64,000 bases of DNA from the NCBI RefSeq assembly GCF_000238795.1, contig NZ_AFNK01000035.1:1-64000 (forward strand). The letters are read 5' to 3'. The notes beneath the pieces were generated by a model that saw only the letters and a list, made by a program, of their open reading frames with translations, was not told where the DNA came from and made no database searches. The position numbers and the translations under genes are program-made. Positions 32,002 to 41,607 of this stretch are shown one piece after another (position 1 is the first letter of the stretch; each line of letters starts with the position of its first letter). The stretch is from Haemophilus sputorum CCUG 13788. GTDB lineage: Bacteria; Pseudomonadota; Gammaproteobacteria; Enterobacterales; Pasteurellaceae.

Positions 32002-33346
32002 TAACTTTAAAACTGATACTTTAGATAGCTTATGTGAATTAATCGTGGATTGTCCACATTCAACTCCGACATGGACAACTTTCGGCTATGTAGTAATTAG
32101 AAATCAAAACATCACTGATGGTGTATTAGATTTATCATCACCGAGCTATACGGATTACTCAGGGTACAGAGATAGAACCAAAAGAGCCAGCCCACAAGAA
32201 AATGATATCGTAATCACCCGAGAAGCGCCGATGGGAAGAGTTTGCTTAATTCCTAAAGAACCAATCTGTTGTCTAGGGCAAAGACAAGTATTACTTCGTG
32301 CCGATAGAAACAAAATAAGTGCTGAATATCTCTACTGGTCTCTACGCTCCTCATTTGTTCAACGACAAATTCTAATAAATGAAGGAACAGGAGCAACCGT
32401 TAGTAATATGAGAATACCTGTGTTAAAAGCACTAGAAATTCCGCGGTTAGCATCCATTGAAATAGAAAATAAGAAAGCGAGAGATTTATCTAATATTCAA
32501 AATAAAATCCAACTCAACACCCAAATCAACCAAACCTTGGAACAAATCGCCCAAGCCCTGTTTAAAAGTTGGTTTGTCGATTTCGACCCCGTGCGTGCCA
32601 AAGTCCAAGCCCTTTCAGACGGCCTTAGCATTGAACAAGCAGAGCTGGCAGCCATGCAGGCAATCAGCGGAAAAACACCCGAAGAACTGACCGCACTTTC
32701 ACAAGCCGAGCCTGACCGCTACGCCGAACTAGCAGAAACCGCCAAAGCGTTTCCGTGTGAGATGGTGGAAGTTGATGGGGTTGAAATGCCAAAGGGGTGG
32801 GAATATTGCAGCTTTGGTGATGTTTCAGAATGCTTTGATAGTAAACGTATCCCTTTATCTAAACAACAACGAGAAAAGAGAAAAGGTAATATTCCTTATT
32901 ATGGTGCAACATCTGTTATGGATTATGTAGATGAAGCTATTTTTGATGATATTTATTTATTAGTTGGCGAAGATGGTTCCGTTTTAAAAGAAGATGGAAC
33001 GCCATTTACTCAATACATTTGGGGTAAATCTTGGGTAAACAACCATGCACATATCCTCAAAGGAAGGAATGGTATAAGTACTGAACACTTAATGATATTT
33101 ATTCAACAAACAAATATATCTGCTTATATCACAGGAGCTGTTCAGCTTAAGTTAAACCAAAAAAATATGAATAGTATTCCATTTTTAAGAGCTAATAATG
33201 CAATTAATGCTTTTTTTGCAGAATATATTGAATCTCTATATGCAAAAATCAGAAAAAATTTTGATGAGAATAAAGTATTAGAGGCAACTAGAGATTTATT
33301 ATTACCTAAATTATTGAGTGGGAATTTTTCAAATGGAAAAAACTAA
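31994..33346 (+). CDS. hsdS: Type I restriction-modification system, specificity subunit HsdS
   Basis: Start ATGAGTGA overlaps the hsdM stop. Two target-recognition domains, separated by a conserved central region (LEQIAQALFKSWFVDFDP...) and followed by a C-terminal conserved helix (LLLPKLLSGNF). The target-recognition domains are low-GC. The central region is high-GC and contains a Neisseria DUS. Confidence 0.85.
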   Translation: MSDNFKTDTLDSLCELIVDCPHSTPTWTTFGYVVIRNQNITDGVLDLSSPSYTDYSGYRDRTKRASPQENDIVITREAPMGRVCLIPKEPICCLGQRQVLLRADRNKISAEYLYWSLRSSFVQRQILINEGTGATVSNMRIPVLKALEIPRLASIEIENKKARDLSNIQNKIQLNTQINQTLEQIAQALFKSWFVDFDPVRAKVQALSDGLSIEQAELAAMQAISGKTPEELTALSQAEPDRYAELAETAKAFPCEMVEVDGVEMPKGWEYCSFGDVSECFDSKRIPLSKQQREKRKGNIPYYGATSVMDYVDEAIFDDIYLLVGEDGSVLKEDGTPFTQYIWGKSWVNNHAHILKGRNGISTEHLMIFIQQTNISAYITGAVQLKLNQKNMNSIPFLRANNAINAFFAEYIESLYAKIRKNFDENKVLEATRDLLLPKLLSGNFSNGKN

Positions 33347-34184
33347 TCTTATCGGGAATGATAGAGTCCCTGTTTTAGCAGAAATCAATACATTAGATGA
33401 ATTAAAATCCCTTTTATCTGCTCACTCTTATATATTTGATGAAGAAACGCCTGATATATATAAAAGCATACCATCAACAAGTGAAAGTTATACTATTTAC
33501 GCTCGATATTATCGCGGGCATAGCCGTGAAGATTATCGTTTGCAATCAACTTTAGAGCGATATTTAAAAAAGTTTGATAAACAAATTGATATTGAAAAAG
33601 AGTATGAAAAGCTACAAGGAAAATATCTTGAGCATTGCAAACGTATTCTGCTTAATCAAAGTATTGACGGCTATATTTCATTACCAAGTAACCTTGAAGA
33701 TAACGATATTTGGGCATTTGGACAGCATTATCAATTAAAAACGCCTTTATTAGACTGGACTAAATCTTTCTTTATTGCACTTTATTTTGCTTTTGAGAGT
33801 CATGAAGAAAATCAAAAAGAAAATCAATATCGTGTTATTTATGAATTAAATGAATTTTTTAATGTTGGTGAAAAGCTCATTATTGAACCAATAATTAAAA
33901 TTGGAAATCGTATCAATGCACAAAAAGGCGTTTTTACGAAGTTATCATCTAGGGAATTTGATGAGATTGCCAAAATGAATACAAACTTTGGTAATGGGTA
34001 TGTTTTTCATAGATTAAGTAAAATTCTTATTTCTAATGAATTAAGAAAAGATGTTTTAGCTTATCTTGCCTCAATTAATATTGATGCTTCAACAATTTAT
34101 CCTGATTTATTAGGAAAAATAAAACTTTGTGAAATTGGCATTGATAATGCGATTACAGAGATTAATTTAGAATATCAAGACTAG
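33333..34184 (+). CDS. FRG-domain-like protein of unknown function (~283 aa), embedded between hsdS and hsdR
   Basis: The ATG at 33333 is preceded by gagtggg and overlaps the last 14 nt of hsdS (alternative GTG at 33318). Low GC. Motifs YRGHSREDYRL, WAFGQHYQLKTPLLDWTKSFFIALYFA and NRINAQKGVFTKL correspond, by my recollection, to the FRG, QHYGLPTRLLDWT and R-x-x-aQ-x-G-x-F signatures of Pfam FRG-domain proteins. This was not searched. Confidence 0.5.
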   Translation: MEKTNLIGNDRVPVLAEINTLDELKSLLSAHSYIFDEETPDIYKSIPSTSESYTIYARYYRGHSREDYRLQSTLERYLKKFDKQIDIEKEYEKLQGKYLEHCKRILLNQSIDGYISLPSNLEDNDIWAFGQHYQLKTPLLDWTKSFFIALYFAFESHEENQKENQYRVIYELNEFFNVGEKLIIEPIIKIGNRINAQKGVFTKLSSREFDEIAKMNTNFGNGYVFHRLSKILISNELRKDVLAYLASINIDASTIYPDLLGKIKLCEIGIDNAITEINLEYQD

Positions 34185-34206
34185 GAAGAATAGCAGCAAT
34201 CCTCAC

Positions 34207-34215
34207 ACAAGCGGT
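34207..34215 (+). repeat. Apl-type USS (ACAAGCGGT) immediately downstream of the FRG-like gene
   Basis: Exact 9-mer followed by a T-run (acaagcggttattttttc). This is the only Pasteurellaceae USS inside the RM island. Confidence 0.6.
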
Positions 34216-34259
34216 TATTTTTTCAGAGCGTTTTGTAAATGATGAGGTTTATTTCACCT

Positions 34260-34447
34260 CTGCCAAATCTCCCCTCCCCCTCTTTGCTAAAGAGGGGATT
34301 GGATCGAAGGTAATTTAAATTTTGGCTTTCTACTTTAATATGCGATGAGAAATTGAAATTTTCTTAGATTAACAATGAGCCAGTTGCTGACAATTTACTC
34401 AAGGAATCCCCCTCTTTAGCAAAGAGGGGTTAGGGGAGATTTGGCAG
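34260..34447. mobile_element. Unclassified MITE-like element: two ~42-bp near-perfect inverted arms around ~104 bp
   Basis: Left arm ctgccaaatctcccctccccctctttgctaaagaggggatt (34260-34300). The reverse complement of the right arm (34405-34447) is ctgccaaatctcccctaacccctctttgctaaagagggggatt. Each arm holds an internal palindrome cccctcttt-gct-aaagagggg. No ORF inside. Confidence 0.4.
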
Positions 34448-34513
34448 TATCAATAAACGAAGAAATTAATCCATTAGCTCCCCAAAGACAGCAAATACAC
34501 AAAAGGACACTCT

Positions 34514-37500
34514 ATGCTCAACGAAAACGACATCGAACAACTTACCCTTCAACGCCTGCAATCCCTCGGTTGGGAATATCGCTACGGTAAAGACTTGCCT
34601 GTTCATGAAGGCGAGTTTGCACGTGGCGATTTAAGCGGTGTGGTCTTTATTGAGCAACTGCGAGAGGCAGTGCGTAAGCTTAATCCGCAACTGCCTGAAA
34701 GTGCGGTTGATTCGGTGGTGAAATCGGCGACGAAAAGCGATATTGGCGACTTGGTGGTGCGTAATCAGGCGTTTTATAAACTGTTGCGTGATGGCGTGCG
34801 GGTGGAATATCAGGCAAACGGTGAACAAAAAATCGAGATGGCGCGCTTGGTGGATTTTGAGCATGTGAAGAACAACCGCTTTATTGCCGTCAATCAGCTG
34901 GAAATCCGCAGCCGTAAAGGGGGGAAACGAATTCCCGATATTATCGGCTTTGTGAATGGCCTGCCCTTGGTGGTATTTGAGCTGAAAAATCCGTTGCGTG
35001 AATCGGCGGATTTGTTGCAGGCGTTTAATCAGTTTGAAACCTATAAAGATGAAATTGCCGAGCTGTTTGTTTACAACCAAGCCCTGATTATTTCAGACGG
35101 CATAGCCGCACGTTTGGGCTCGCTTTCGGCAGATTTCCAACGCTTTACGCCGTGGAAAGTGGTTGATGAAAAAAATAAAAGCGCGCGCTTATATTTTGAT
35201 GATGAATTACAAAGCCTGCTCAATGGCTTAATGAAGCCTGAGGATTTATTGAACTATATCCGCTATTTCGTCTTATTTGAGCGGGATTCCAGCGGTAAAA
35301 CCATTAAAAAAATCGCAGCGTACCATCAATATTACGGCGTAAATGAAGCGGTAGATTCCACGCTTTTTGCAACTTCAGAAAAAGGCGACCGCCGCATTGG
35401 CGTGATGTGGCATACGCAAGGTTCGGGTAAGTCAATTTCCATGTTGTTTTATGCCGGCAAACTGCTTGCGCAGCCTGAATTGAAAAATCCGACGATTGTG
35501 GTGGTTACCGACCGTAACGATTTGGACGGTCAGCTTTTCCAAACCTTTTCTTCAGGCAAAGATTTAATCAAACAAACGCCGCAACAAGTGGAAGACCGCG
35601 ATCAACTGCGCCAACTGCTCGCGCAAAATGAAGTCGGCGGCGTATTTTTTACTACGATTCAGAAATTCGCCCTAAATGAGGAAGAAAGCCGCTTCCCTGT
35701 TTTAAACGAGCGCAGCAATATTATTGTAATCAGCGATGAGGCACACCGCAGCCAATATGGCTTTACGCAAAAATTGCATAAAGGCAAGTTTCAAGCAGGC
35801 TACGCCCGCCATTTGCGCGATGCGCTGCCTAATGCTTCGTTTATCGGTTTTACCGGTACACCGATTAGCCTAGAAGATAAAGACACGCAAGATGTGTTCG
35901 GACGTTATGTGTCGATTTATGACTTACAAGATGCGGTGGAAGACGGCGCAACCGTGCCGATTGTGTATGAAGCGCGCCAAATCCGCTTAAACGAAAAAGA
36001 ACACGATGAGCTATTCAAAGAAATTGATGATTTGCTGGAAGAGGAGCAATCCCCTGCCCTGCGTTTGCAGGAAAAACTGCTGGGTTCGCAAGCCCGTCTG
36101 GCTGATTTAGCCGCGGATTTTGTGCAGCATTTTGCCAAACGCAATGAAGTCGTCGACAGCAAAGCGATGATGGTGGTTTCCAGTCGTCAGATTTGCGTGG
36201 ACTTATACAATGAAATCATCAAACTGCGCCCAGAATGGCATTCGGATAATATCAACGAAGGGGTGATTAAAATTGTGATGACGGGTTCTGCTTCCGATGC
36301 GCCGGAAATGCAGAAACACGTTTACAGTAAACAGGAAAAACAAACGCTGGAACGCCGCTTTAAAGACCCGAACGATCCGCTGAAAGTAGTGATTGTGCGC
36401 GATATGTGGCTGACGGGCTTTGATGCGCCTTGCTGTAATACGATGTATATCGACAAGCCGATGCAAGGGCATAACCTGATGCAGGCGATTGCTCGGGTTA
36501 ACCGTGTATTTCGCAATAAAAGCCGAGAAAACGGCGGCTTGATTGTGGATTATGTAGGCATTGCTGACAAGCTCAAAGAAGCGACCCAGCAATACACCAA
36601 TTCACAAGGCAAGGGCAAGCTGACTGATAACGTGATTGATGTGTTCTTTAAAATGAAAGAGCATTTAGAATTCGTCCGTAGCCTGTTTGCAACGCCGGTT
36701 GAAGGGAAAACCTTTGATGTTCAGACGGCCTTAGAAAAAGATAATCCGAATGATCTTCTGATGGCTATTCGTTTTGCCGCCAACCATATTTTTTGCCTCG
36801 ATCGATTACCGTTTGATGGCAAAGTGCACGAGCAACATTGGTTTAATAAAAAAGAAACCGAGCCACGTAAAAAAGCCTTTTTGAAAGCGGCGGGTTTGGT
36901 GAAAAAAGGCTATATGCTATGCGGCGCATTGGCTGAAGTTGAGCCATACAGCCAAGAAATTGCTTTTTATGATGCAGTACGCGCTATTCTCACGAAGAAC
37001 AAACAAAATGGTACGGGTTCTAATGAAAGACAGATTTTATTGAAAAAATTGGTCAATCAAGCCGTCTATTCCGAAGGCGTGATTGATTTGTTTGATCTGC
37101 TGGAAAAACCGCAGCCTCAAATCAATCTACTTTCTGAAGAGTTTTTGCAGACCATTAAAAACAGCCCGACTAAGAACTTATGGGTCAGCGCGGTGGAGCG
37201 TTATTTGGCAAGCGAAATCAAAGCCAAATCAGGCGCAAACCTCACCTTGCAAAAAGACTTCGAGCAGCGTTTAAAAGAAGCCCTAAATCAATACCACAAC
37301 CATAATTTAAGCGTGGTGGAAATTTTGGATGAGCTCTTCAAAATGAGCCAAGACTTCCAAGAACGCTTAGCTTTAGGTGAAAAGCTGGGGCTGAAAAAAG
37401 AAGAACTCGCTTTCTACGAAGCCCTCGCCCAAAACCAAAGCGCCCGAGAGCTGATGGGCGATGAAGTATTGAGCAAACTTGCCAAAGAAATTACCGATAC

Positions 37501-37678
37501 TTTAAGACGCTCAGTTACCATCGACTGGCAATACAAAGAAGGCGTACGTGCCAAAATGCGCATTCTCGTGAAACGAGCTTTACAGCGTTATAAATACCCG
37601 CCGGATAAACAGGAAGAAGCCGTGAGCTATGTGATTAAGCAAGCGGAGGAAATTGCGGAAGATCTCAGCCAACTTTAA
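34514..37678 (+). CDS. hsdR: Type I restriction-modification system, restriction subunit HsdR (helicase-nuclease)
   Basis: 1054 aa. Superfamily-2 helicase motifs (HTQGSGKS Walker A; DEAH box ISDEAHRSQYG). Typical N-terminal nuclease region. High GC, Neisseria-like codon usage. Contains two Neisseria DUS. Confidence 0.9.
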   Translation: MLNENDIEQLTLQRLQSLGWEYRYGKDLPVHEGEFARGDLSGVVFIEQLREAVRKLNPQLPESAVDSVVKSATKSDIGDLVVRNQAFYKLLRDGVRVEYQANGEQKIEMARLVDFEHVKNNRFIAVNQLEIRSRKGGKRIPDIIGFVNGLPLVVFELKNPLRESADLLQAFNQFETYKDEIAELFVYNQALIISDGIAARLGSLSADFQRFTPWKVVDEKNKSARLYFDDELQSLLNGLMKPEDLLNYIRYFVLFERDSSGKTIKKIAAYHQYYGVNEAVDSTLFATSEKGDRRIGVMWHTQGSGKSISMLFYAGKLLAQPELKNPTIVVVTDRNDLDGQLFQTFSSGKDLIKQTPQQVEDRDQLRQLLAQNEVGGVFFTTIQKFALNEEESRFPVLNERSNIIVISDEAHRSQYGFTQKLHKGKFQAGYARHLRDALPNASFIGFTGTPISLEDKDTQDVFGRYVSIYDLQDAVEDGATVPIVYEARQIRLNEKEHDELFKEIDDLLEEEQSPALRLQEKLLGSQARLADLAADFVQHFAKRNEVVDSKAMMVVSSRQICVDLYNEIIKLRPEWHSDNINEGVIKIVMTGSASDAPEMQKHVYSKQEKQTLERRFKDPNDPLKVVIVRDMWLTGFDAPCCNTMYIDKPMQGHNLMQAIARVNRVFRNKSRENGGLIVDYVGIADKLKEATQQYTNSQGKGKLTDNVIDVFFKMKEHLEFVRSLFATPVEGKTFDVQTALEKDNPNDLLMAIRFAANHIFCLDRLPFDGKVHEQHWFNKKETEPRKKAFLKAAGLVKKGYMLCGALAEVEPYSQEIAFYDAVRAILTKNKQNGTGSNERQILLKKLVNQAVYSEGVIDLFDLLEKPQPQINLLSEEFLQTIKNSPTKNLWVSAVERYLASEIKAKSGANLTLQKDFEQRLKEALNQYHNHNLSVVEILDELFKMSQDFQERLALGEKLGLKKEELAFYEALAQNQSARELMGDEVLSKLAKEITDTLRRSVTIDWQYKEGVRAKMRILVKRALQRYKYPPDKQEEAVSYVIKQAEEIAEDLSQL

Positions 37679-37693
37679 TAAAAAATGAGGAAT

Positions 37694-37733
37694 AAAAAAA
37701 TCAGGACGAATAATATTCGCCCTGATTTTTTAC
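37694..37733. terminator. Bidirectional rho-independent terminator at the right edge of the RM island
   Basis: aaaaaatcaggacgaataatattcgccctgattttttac: 11-bp stem flanked by A and T runs. Lies between convergent hsdR and the lipoprotein gene. Confidence 0.65.
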
Positions 37734-37780
37734 TAAATAATATAAGATTCAATTAAATATGTTGAATAAAAGCTCAAACC

Positions 37781-38632
37781 TTACCACTCTATCGGCGAGG
37801 TAAACACCGATAGCACATTCGGGTGGCTTCGTTGATTTTTTACTTCGCCATTGATGCTTAATTCATAAAAATTACCCCCTACGCTTGCGGAGTATTTTTT
37901 ATTAAACTTTCTTGCACTTTTCTTGCGGTATTGCACGGTAAAAGTCACTTTCTCTTCAACATCAAATTGTTTAGCATTTTCAACTTTTTCTACATCAAAA
38001 TTTTTAGCCAATTCAACGCCTTTTTCTTCATAAAATGGCCATAAAATGGATTCAGCAGAACCATATTTAAAGGCAAATTCTGTCTCAAGCGCTTTTTTCT
38101 GTTCTTCTGTTAGCGAACAAGCACCGCCTCGAGGCCAACTTACCTCAGAAATAAATTGAGTAAGCTCAGTAGTTGGATCAGGGAAATGACAAAACGCTGT
38201 CACTAACTCTCTAAGGCGTACTTCATTATATGCTGGTGTTTTATCGCTTTTACGATCTTCATATTGCTTACGCACCTTTTCAAATTCTTCCGCAGGAATA
38301 ACTTTTTTTGCAATCTCATCTAATCTAGAAAGCTCAGAGGCAAATCTTTGGCGTAATTGGAGATTCGTTTTACTATGGCAAACAACATTAACTTTTATTG
38401 AATCACTAACATCACCGCCTCTTTGCCACGTGATTTCATTCGATTCTTGCGACCATGTTGGATTATTACAACGGCCACTTTGTGCCAAAAGTTCAGCATA
38501 AGTGATTTCTTTACCATTGTGTTCTGTAACGTACGATTGAACTGTACTAATTGGATCTAAGGTTTCATTACAACCGCTGACAGCGAAAGCAAAAATTGCT
38601 GTTGTAGAAAGCATCAATAATGGTTTCTTCAT
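37781..38632 (-). CDS. Hypothetical lipoprotein (283 aa)
   Basis: Signal peptide with lipobox (AVSGC). No recognisable family. Low GC. Lies downstream of polA on the same strand. Confidence 0.45.
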   Translation of the reverse strand: MKKPLLMLSTTAIFAFAVSGCNETLDPISTVQSYVTEHNGKEITYAELLAQSGRCNNPTWSQESNEITWQRGGDVSDSIKVNVVCHSKTNLQLRQRFASELSRLDEIAKKVIPAEEFEKVRKQYEDRKSDKTPAYNEVRLRELVTAFCHFPDPTTELTQFISEVSWPRGGACSLTEEQKKALETEFAFKYGSAESILWPFYEEKGVELAKNFDVEKVENAKQFDVEEKVTFTVQYRKKSARKFNKKYSASVGGNFYELSINGEVKNQRSHPNVLSVFTSPIEW

Positions 38633-38664
38633 TCGAACTCCTGTTTTAGCTTCATTTAAAAAAT

Positions 38665-41544
38665 TTAATGCGCTTCATCCCAGTTATCACCCACGCCTAC
38701 TTCTGCAATGAGTGGCACTTTCATATCAATGGCTTTTTCCATTTCAGCTTTAATAATTTTGCTGTAATGTTCCACCTGATCTGCTTTAACTTCAAACACT
38801 AACTCATCGTGCACCTGCATAATAAGTTTAATGTTTTCATCTTGCGCAATCGCTTTATCAATGCCAATCATCGCAACTTTAATAATATCTGCCGCTGTCC
38901 CTTGCATCGGTGCGTTGATTGCAACACGCTCAGCAGCTTTTCGGCGCATGCCATTACTTGATTTGATTTCTGGTAAATATAAGCGACGACCAAATAAGGT
39001 TTCAACATAGCCTTTTTCTGCTGCAGAAACTCGAATATCCTGCATAAATTGTTGCACACCTGGGTAACGGTGGAAATAACGTTCCATATAATGTTTGGCA
39101 TCCGCACGAGAAATGCCTAGCTGGTTTGATAAGCCAAACTCGGACATGCCATAAATCAAGCCAAAGTTAATTGCTTTAGCACTACGGCGCTGCTCGCTGG
39201 TGACTTCTTCAAGTGCTATGCCGAAAATTTCCGCTGCCGTTGCACGGTGAATATCTTTGCCTTGCGCAAAAGCGGTAATCATGCCTTCATCATTAGATAA
39301 ATGCGCCATAATGCGTAGCTCAATTTGGGAATAGTCCGCCGCGACAATTTTATAACCTTCACGCGCAATAAAAGCTTGGCGAATCCGTCTGCCCTCTTCA
39401 TTACGAATTGGAATGTTCTGTAAATTGGGATCACTCGAAGAAAGCCGGCCTGTTGCAGTCACAGCTTGATGATAAGAAGTATGTACTCGTCCTGTTTTTG
39501 GGTTGATCATTTGTGGCAACTTATCGGTATAAGTTGATTTCAATTTACTCAATCCACGGTGTTCCATTAAAAGTTTTGGCACGATATGCCCTTTTTGTGC
39601 CAACTCTTCTAACACTTCTTCATTAGTAGAAGGTGCACCTTTTGGGGTTTTCTTCAAAATCGGCAAGCCTAACTTTTCAAACAGAATTTCTTGTAATTGT
39701 TTGGTTGATGCCAAATTAAATACCGCGCCCGCCTCACTATGCACCATCGTTTCTAATTCGGCGAGTCTCGCTTCAATTTCTGCAGATTGAGCTAATAATT
39801 TTTGCGGGTCGATCAATACCCCATTTCGTTCAATATGTGAAAGCACTGAAACTAACGGCATCTCAATTTCATTGAATAATTTATGCAAACTTGGAATCTT
39901 TTCTAACGTTGAGAAAAGAGTTTGATGTAACTTCATCGTCACATCTGCATCTTCTGCGGCATATTCACTGGCTTTTTCAATGCTGATTTGATCAAAAGTG
40001 AGTTGATTTTTACCTTTACCGGCAATCTCTTCAAACGAAATCGTTTGGTGGTTGAGATAACGGTTGGCTAACTCATCCATATTATGTCTGCCCACGCTAT
40101 TTAGCGTGTAAGATTCCAACATCGTATCAAATGCGACGCCTTGAACTGAAATACCATGGTTAGCCAACACCGTTAAATCATATTTCAAATTTTGACCCAC
40201 TTTTAACACAGCCGGATTTTCCAAAATCGGTTTTAATTGCGTTAAACAAGCGGTCAAATTTAGCTGATCTTTTACTAATGTCCACGCTAACGTATCCTCC
40301 TCTTCTTCAGTCGCAAATAAATCGCTCTGAACAGGCGCACTTTTGGCTTTATGCGCCAGCGGGATATAACAAGCTTGACCGTCAGGAAGTGCAAACGAAA
40401 CCCCCACTAAATTTGCTTGCATCGCATCTAAATTATCAGTTTCAGTATCAAAGGCTATCAATGGGGCAGCAGCCATTAACTCAATCCATTTTGCTAATTG
40501 TGATTCAGTGGTAATGGTTTCATAACGACTGCGATCAATCGTAATCGGATTAACTGTTGGTTCTGCAAAATTTTCAGTATTTTCGACCGCTTGTAAGGAT
40601 GCAGCAGCTTGATAAGCGCCTAATGTTTGGCGTTTTTCTCGACTTTCCGTGACGGGATTAGCATCGTTCATCACTTCATTTAGCCAACGTTTGAATTCAT
40701 AGCGACCAAATAACTGAACCAGTTCATCTTGATTCTGAGGCTGCATGACAAGCTCATCATGCTTAACCTCTAGCGGTACATCCGTTTTAATGGTTGCCAA
40801 TAAATAAGACAGATCCGCCATTTCTTTTTCTGCCAGTAATTTCGGCGCCATCGTTTTTGCACCACGGAAAGAGAGCGAGGCAACTTTATCTAAATTTTCA
40901 TAAATCGTTTTAAGTGAGCCAATTCCTTGCAATAAAGCAAGTGCGGTTTTCTCACCTACCCCTTTTACACCGGGGATGTTATCCGATGAATCGCCTTGTA
41001 GCGCCAAATAATCAATAATTAGCTCAGGTGGAATGCCATATTTTTCAATAACACCTTCACGATCTAGCAAGGTATTATTCATTGTGTTAATCAGCATAAT
41101 ATGCTCATTCACTAACTGCGCCATATCTTTATCGCCCGTGCTAATCAGCACATTTTTGCCATCACGGGCAGCTTGAACTGCAAGGGTGCCGATAACATCA
41201 TCCGCTTCAACCCCTTCAATTGAAATCAATGGAATCCCGAGCGCTTTAATAATTGCATGGAGAGGCTGAATTTGCGCACGTAAATCATCTGGCATGGGAG
41301 GTCGATGAGATTTATATTGCTCGAATAATTCATCACGAAAGGTTTTACCTTTAGCATCAAACACCACTGCAATATGACTTGGCGAAACTTGCGTAATCAG
41401 GCTTTTAAGCATATTGATTACGCCATAAACGGCGCCTGTTGGCTCACCGTCTCGGTTAGTCAACGGAGGGAATGCGTGGAATGCACGGTATAAGTAAGAA
41501 GAGCCATCGACAAGCACAAGTGGGTCTGAAGCGATTGTTGCCAT
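38665..41544 (-). CDS. polA: DNA polymerase I
   Basis: 959 aa. 5'-3' exonuclease N-terminus ([16 protein letters not shown]). 3'-5' exonuclease and polymerase domains, including the motif QVHDELVFE. Confidence 0.95.
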   Translation of the reverse strand: MATIASDPLVLVDGSSYLYRAFHAFPPLTNRDGEPTGAVYGVINMLKSLITQVSPSHIAVVFDAKGKTFRDELFEQYKSHRPPMPDDLRAQIQPLHAIIKALGIPLISIEGVEADDVIGTLAVQAARDGKNVLISTGDKDMAQLVNEHIMLINTMNNTLLDREGVIEKYGIPPELIIDYLALQGDSSDNIPGVKGVGEKTALALLQGIGSLKTIYENLDKVASLSFRGAKTMAPKLLAEKEMADLSYLLATIKTDVPLEVKHDELVMQPQNQDELVQLFGRYEFKRWLNEVMNDANPVTESREKRQTLGAYQAAASLQAVENTENFAEPTVNPITIDRSRYETITTESQLAKWIELMAAAPLIAFDTETDNLDAMQANLVGVSFALPDGQACYIPLAHKAKSAPVQSDLFATEEEEDTLAWTLVKDQLNLTACLTQLKPILENPAVLKVGQNLKYDLTVLANHGISVQGVAFDTMLESYTLNSVGRHNMDELANRYLNHQTISFEEIAGKGKNQLTFDQISIEKASEYAAEDADVTMKLHQTLFSTLEKIPSLHKLFNEIEMPLVSVLSHIERNGVLIDPQKLLAQSAEIEARLAELETMVHSEAGAVFNLASTKQLQEILFEKLGLPILKKTPKGAPSTNEEVLEELAQKGHIVPKLLMEHRGLSKLKSTYTDKLPQMINPKTGRVHTSYHQAVTATGRLSSSDPNLQNIPIRNEEGRRIRQAFIAREGYKIVAADYSQIELRIMAHLSNDEGMITAFAQGKDIHRATAAEIFGIALEEVTSEQRRSAKAINFGLIYGMSEFGLSNQLGISRADAKHYMERYFHRYPGVQQFMQDIRVSAAEKGYVETLFGRRLYLPEIKSSNGMRRKAAERVAINAPMQGTAADIIKVAMIGIDKAIAQDENIKLIMQVHDELVFEVKADQVEHYSKIIKAEMEKAIDMKVPLIAEVGVGDNWDEAH

Positions 41545-41607
41545 AATGTATAAACCTTTTAATGAGTAAGCGGTGAAATTTTTTGGATTTTTTGCAAATG
41601 TTATTGA

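Noticed and set aside
33160-33215. A7 and T7 homopolymers in hsdS TRD2 as possible phase-variation switches
   Set aside because: Tracts of 7 are below the lengths usually associated with slippage-driven switching in Pasteurellaceae or Neisseria. They probably reflect AT-rich composition.
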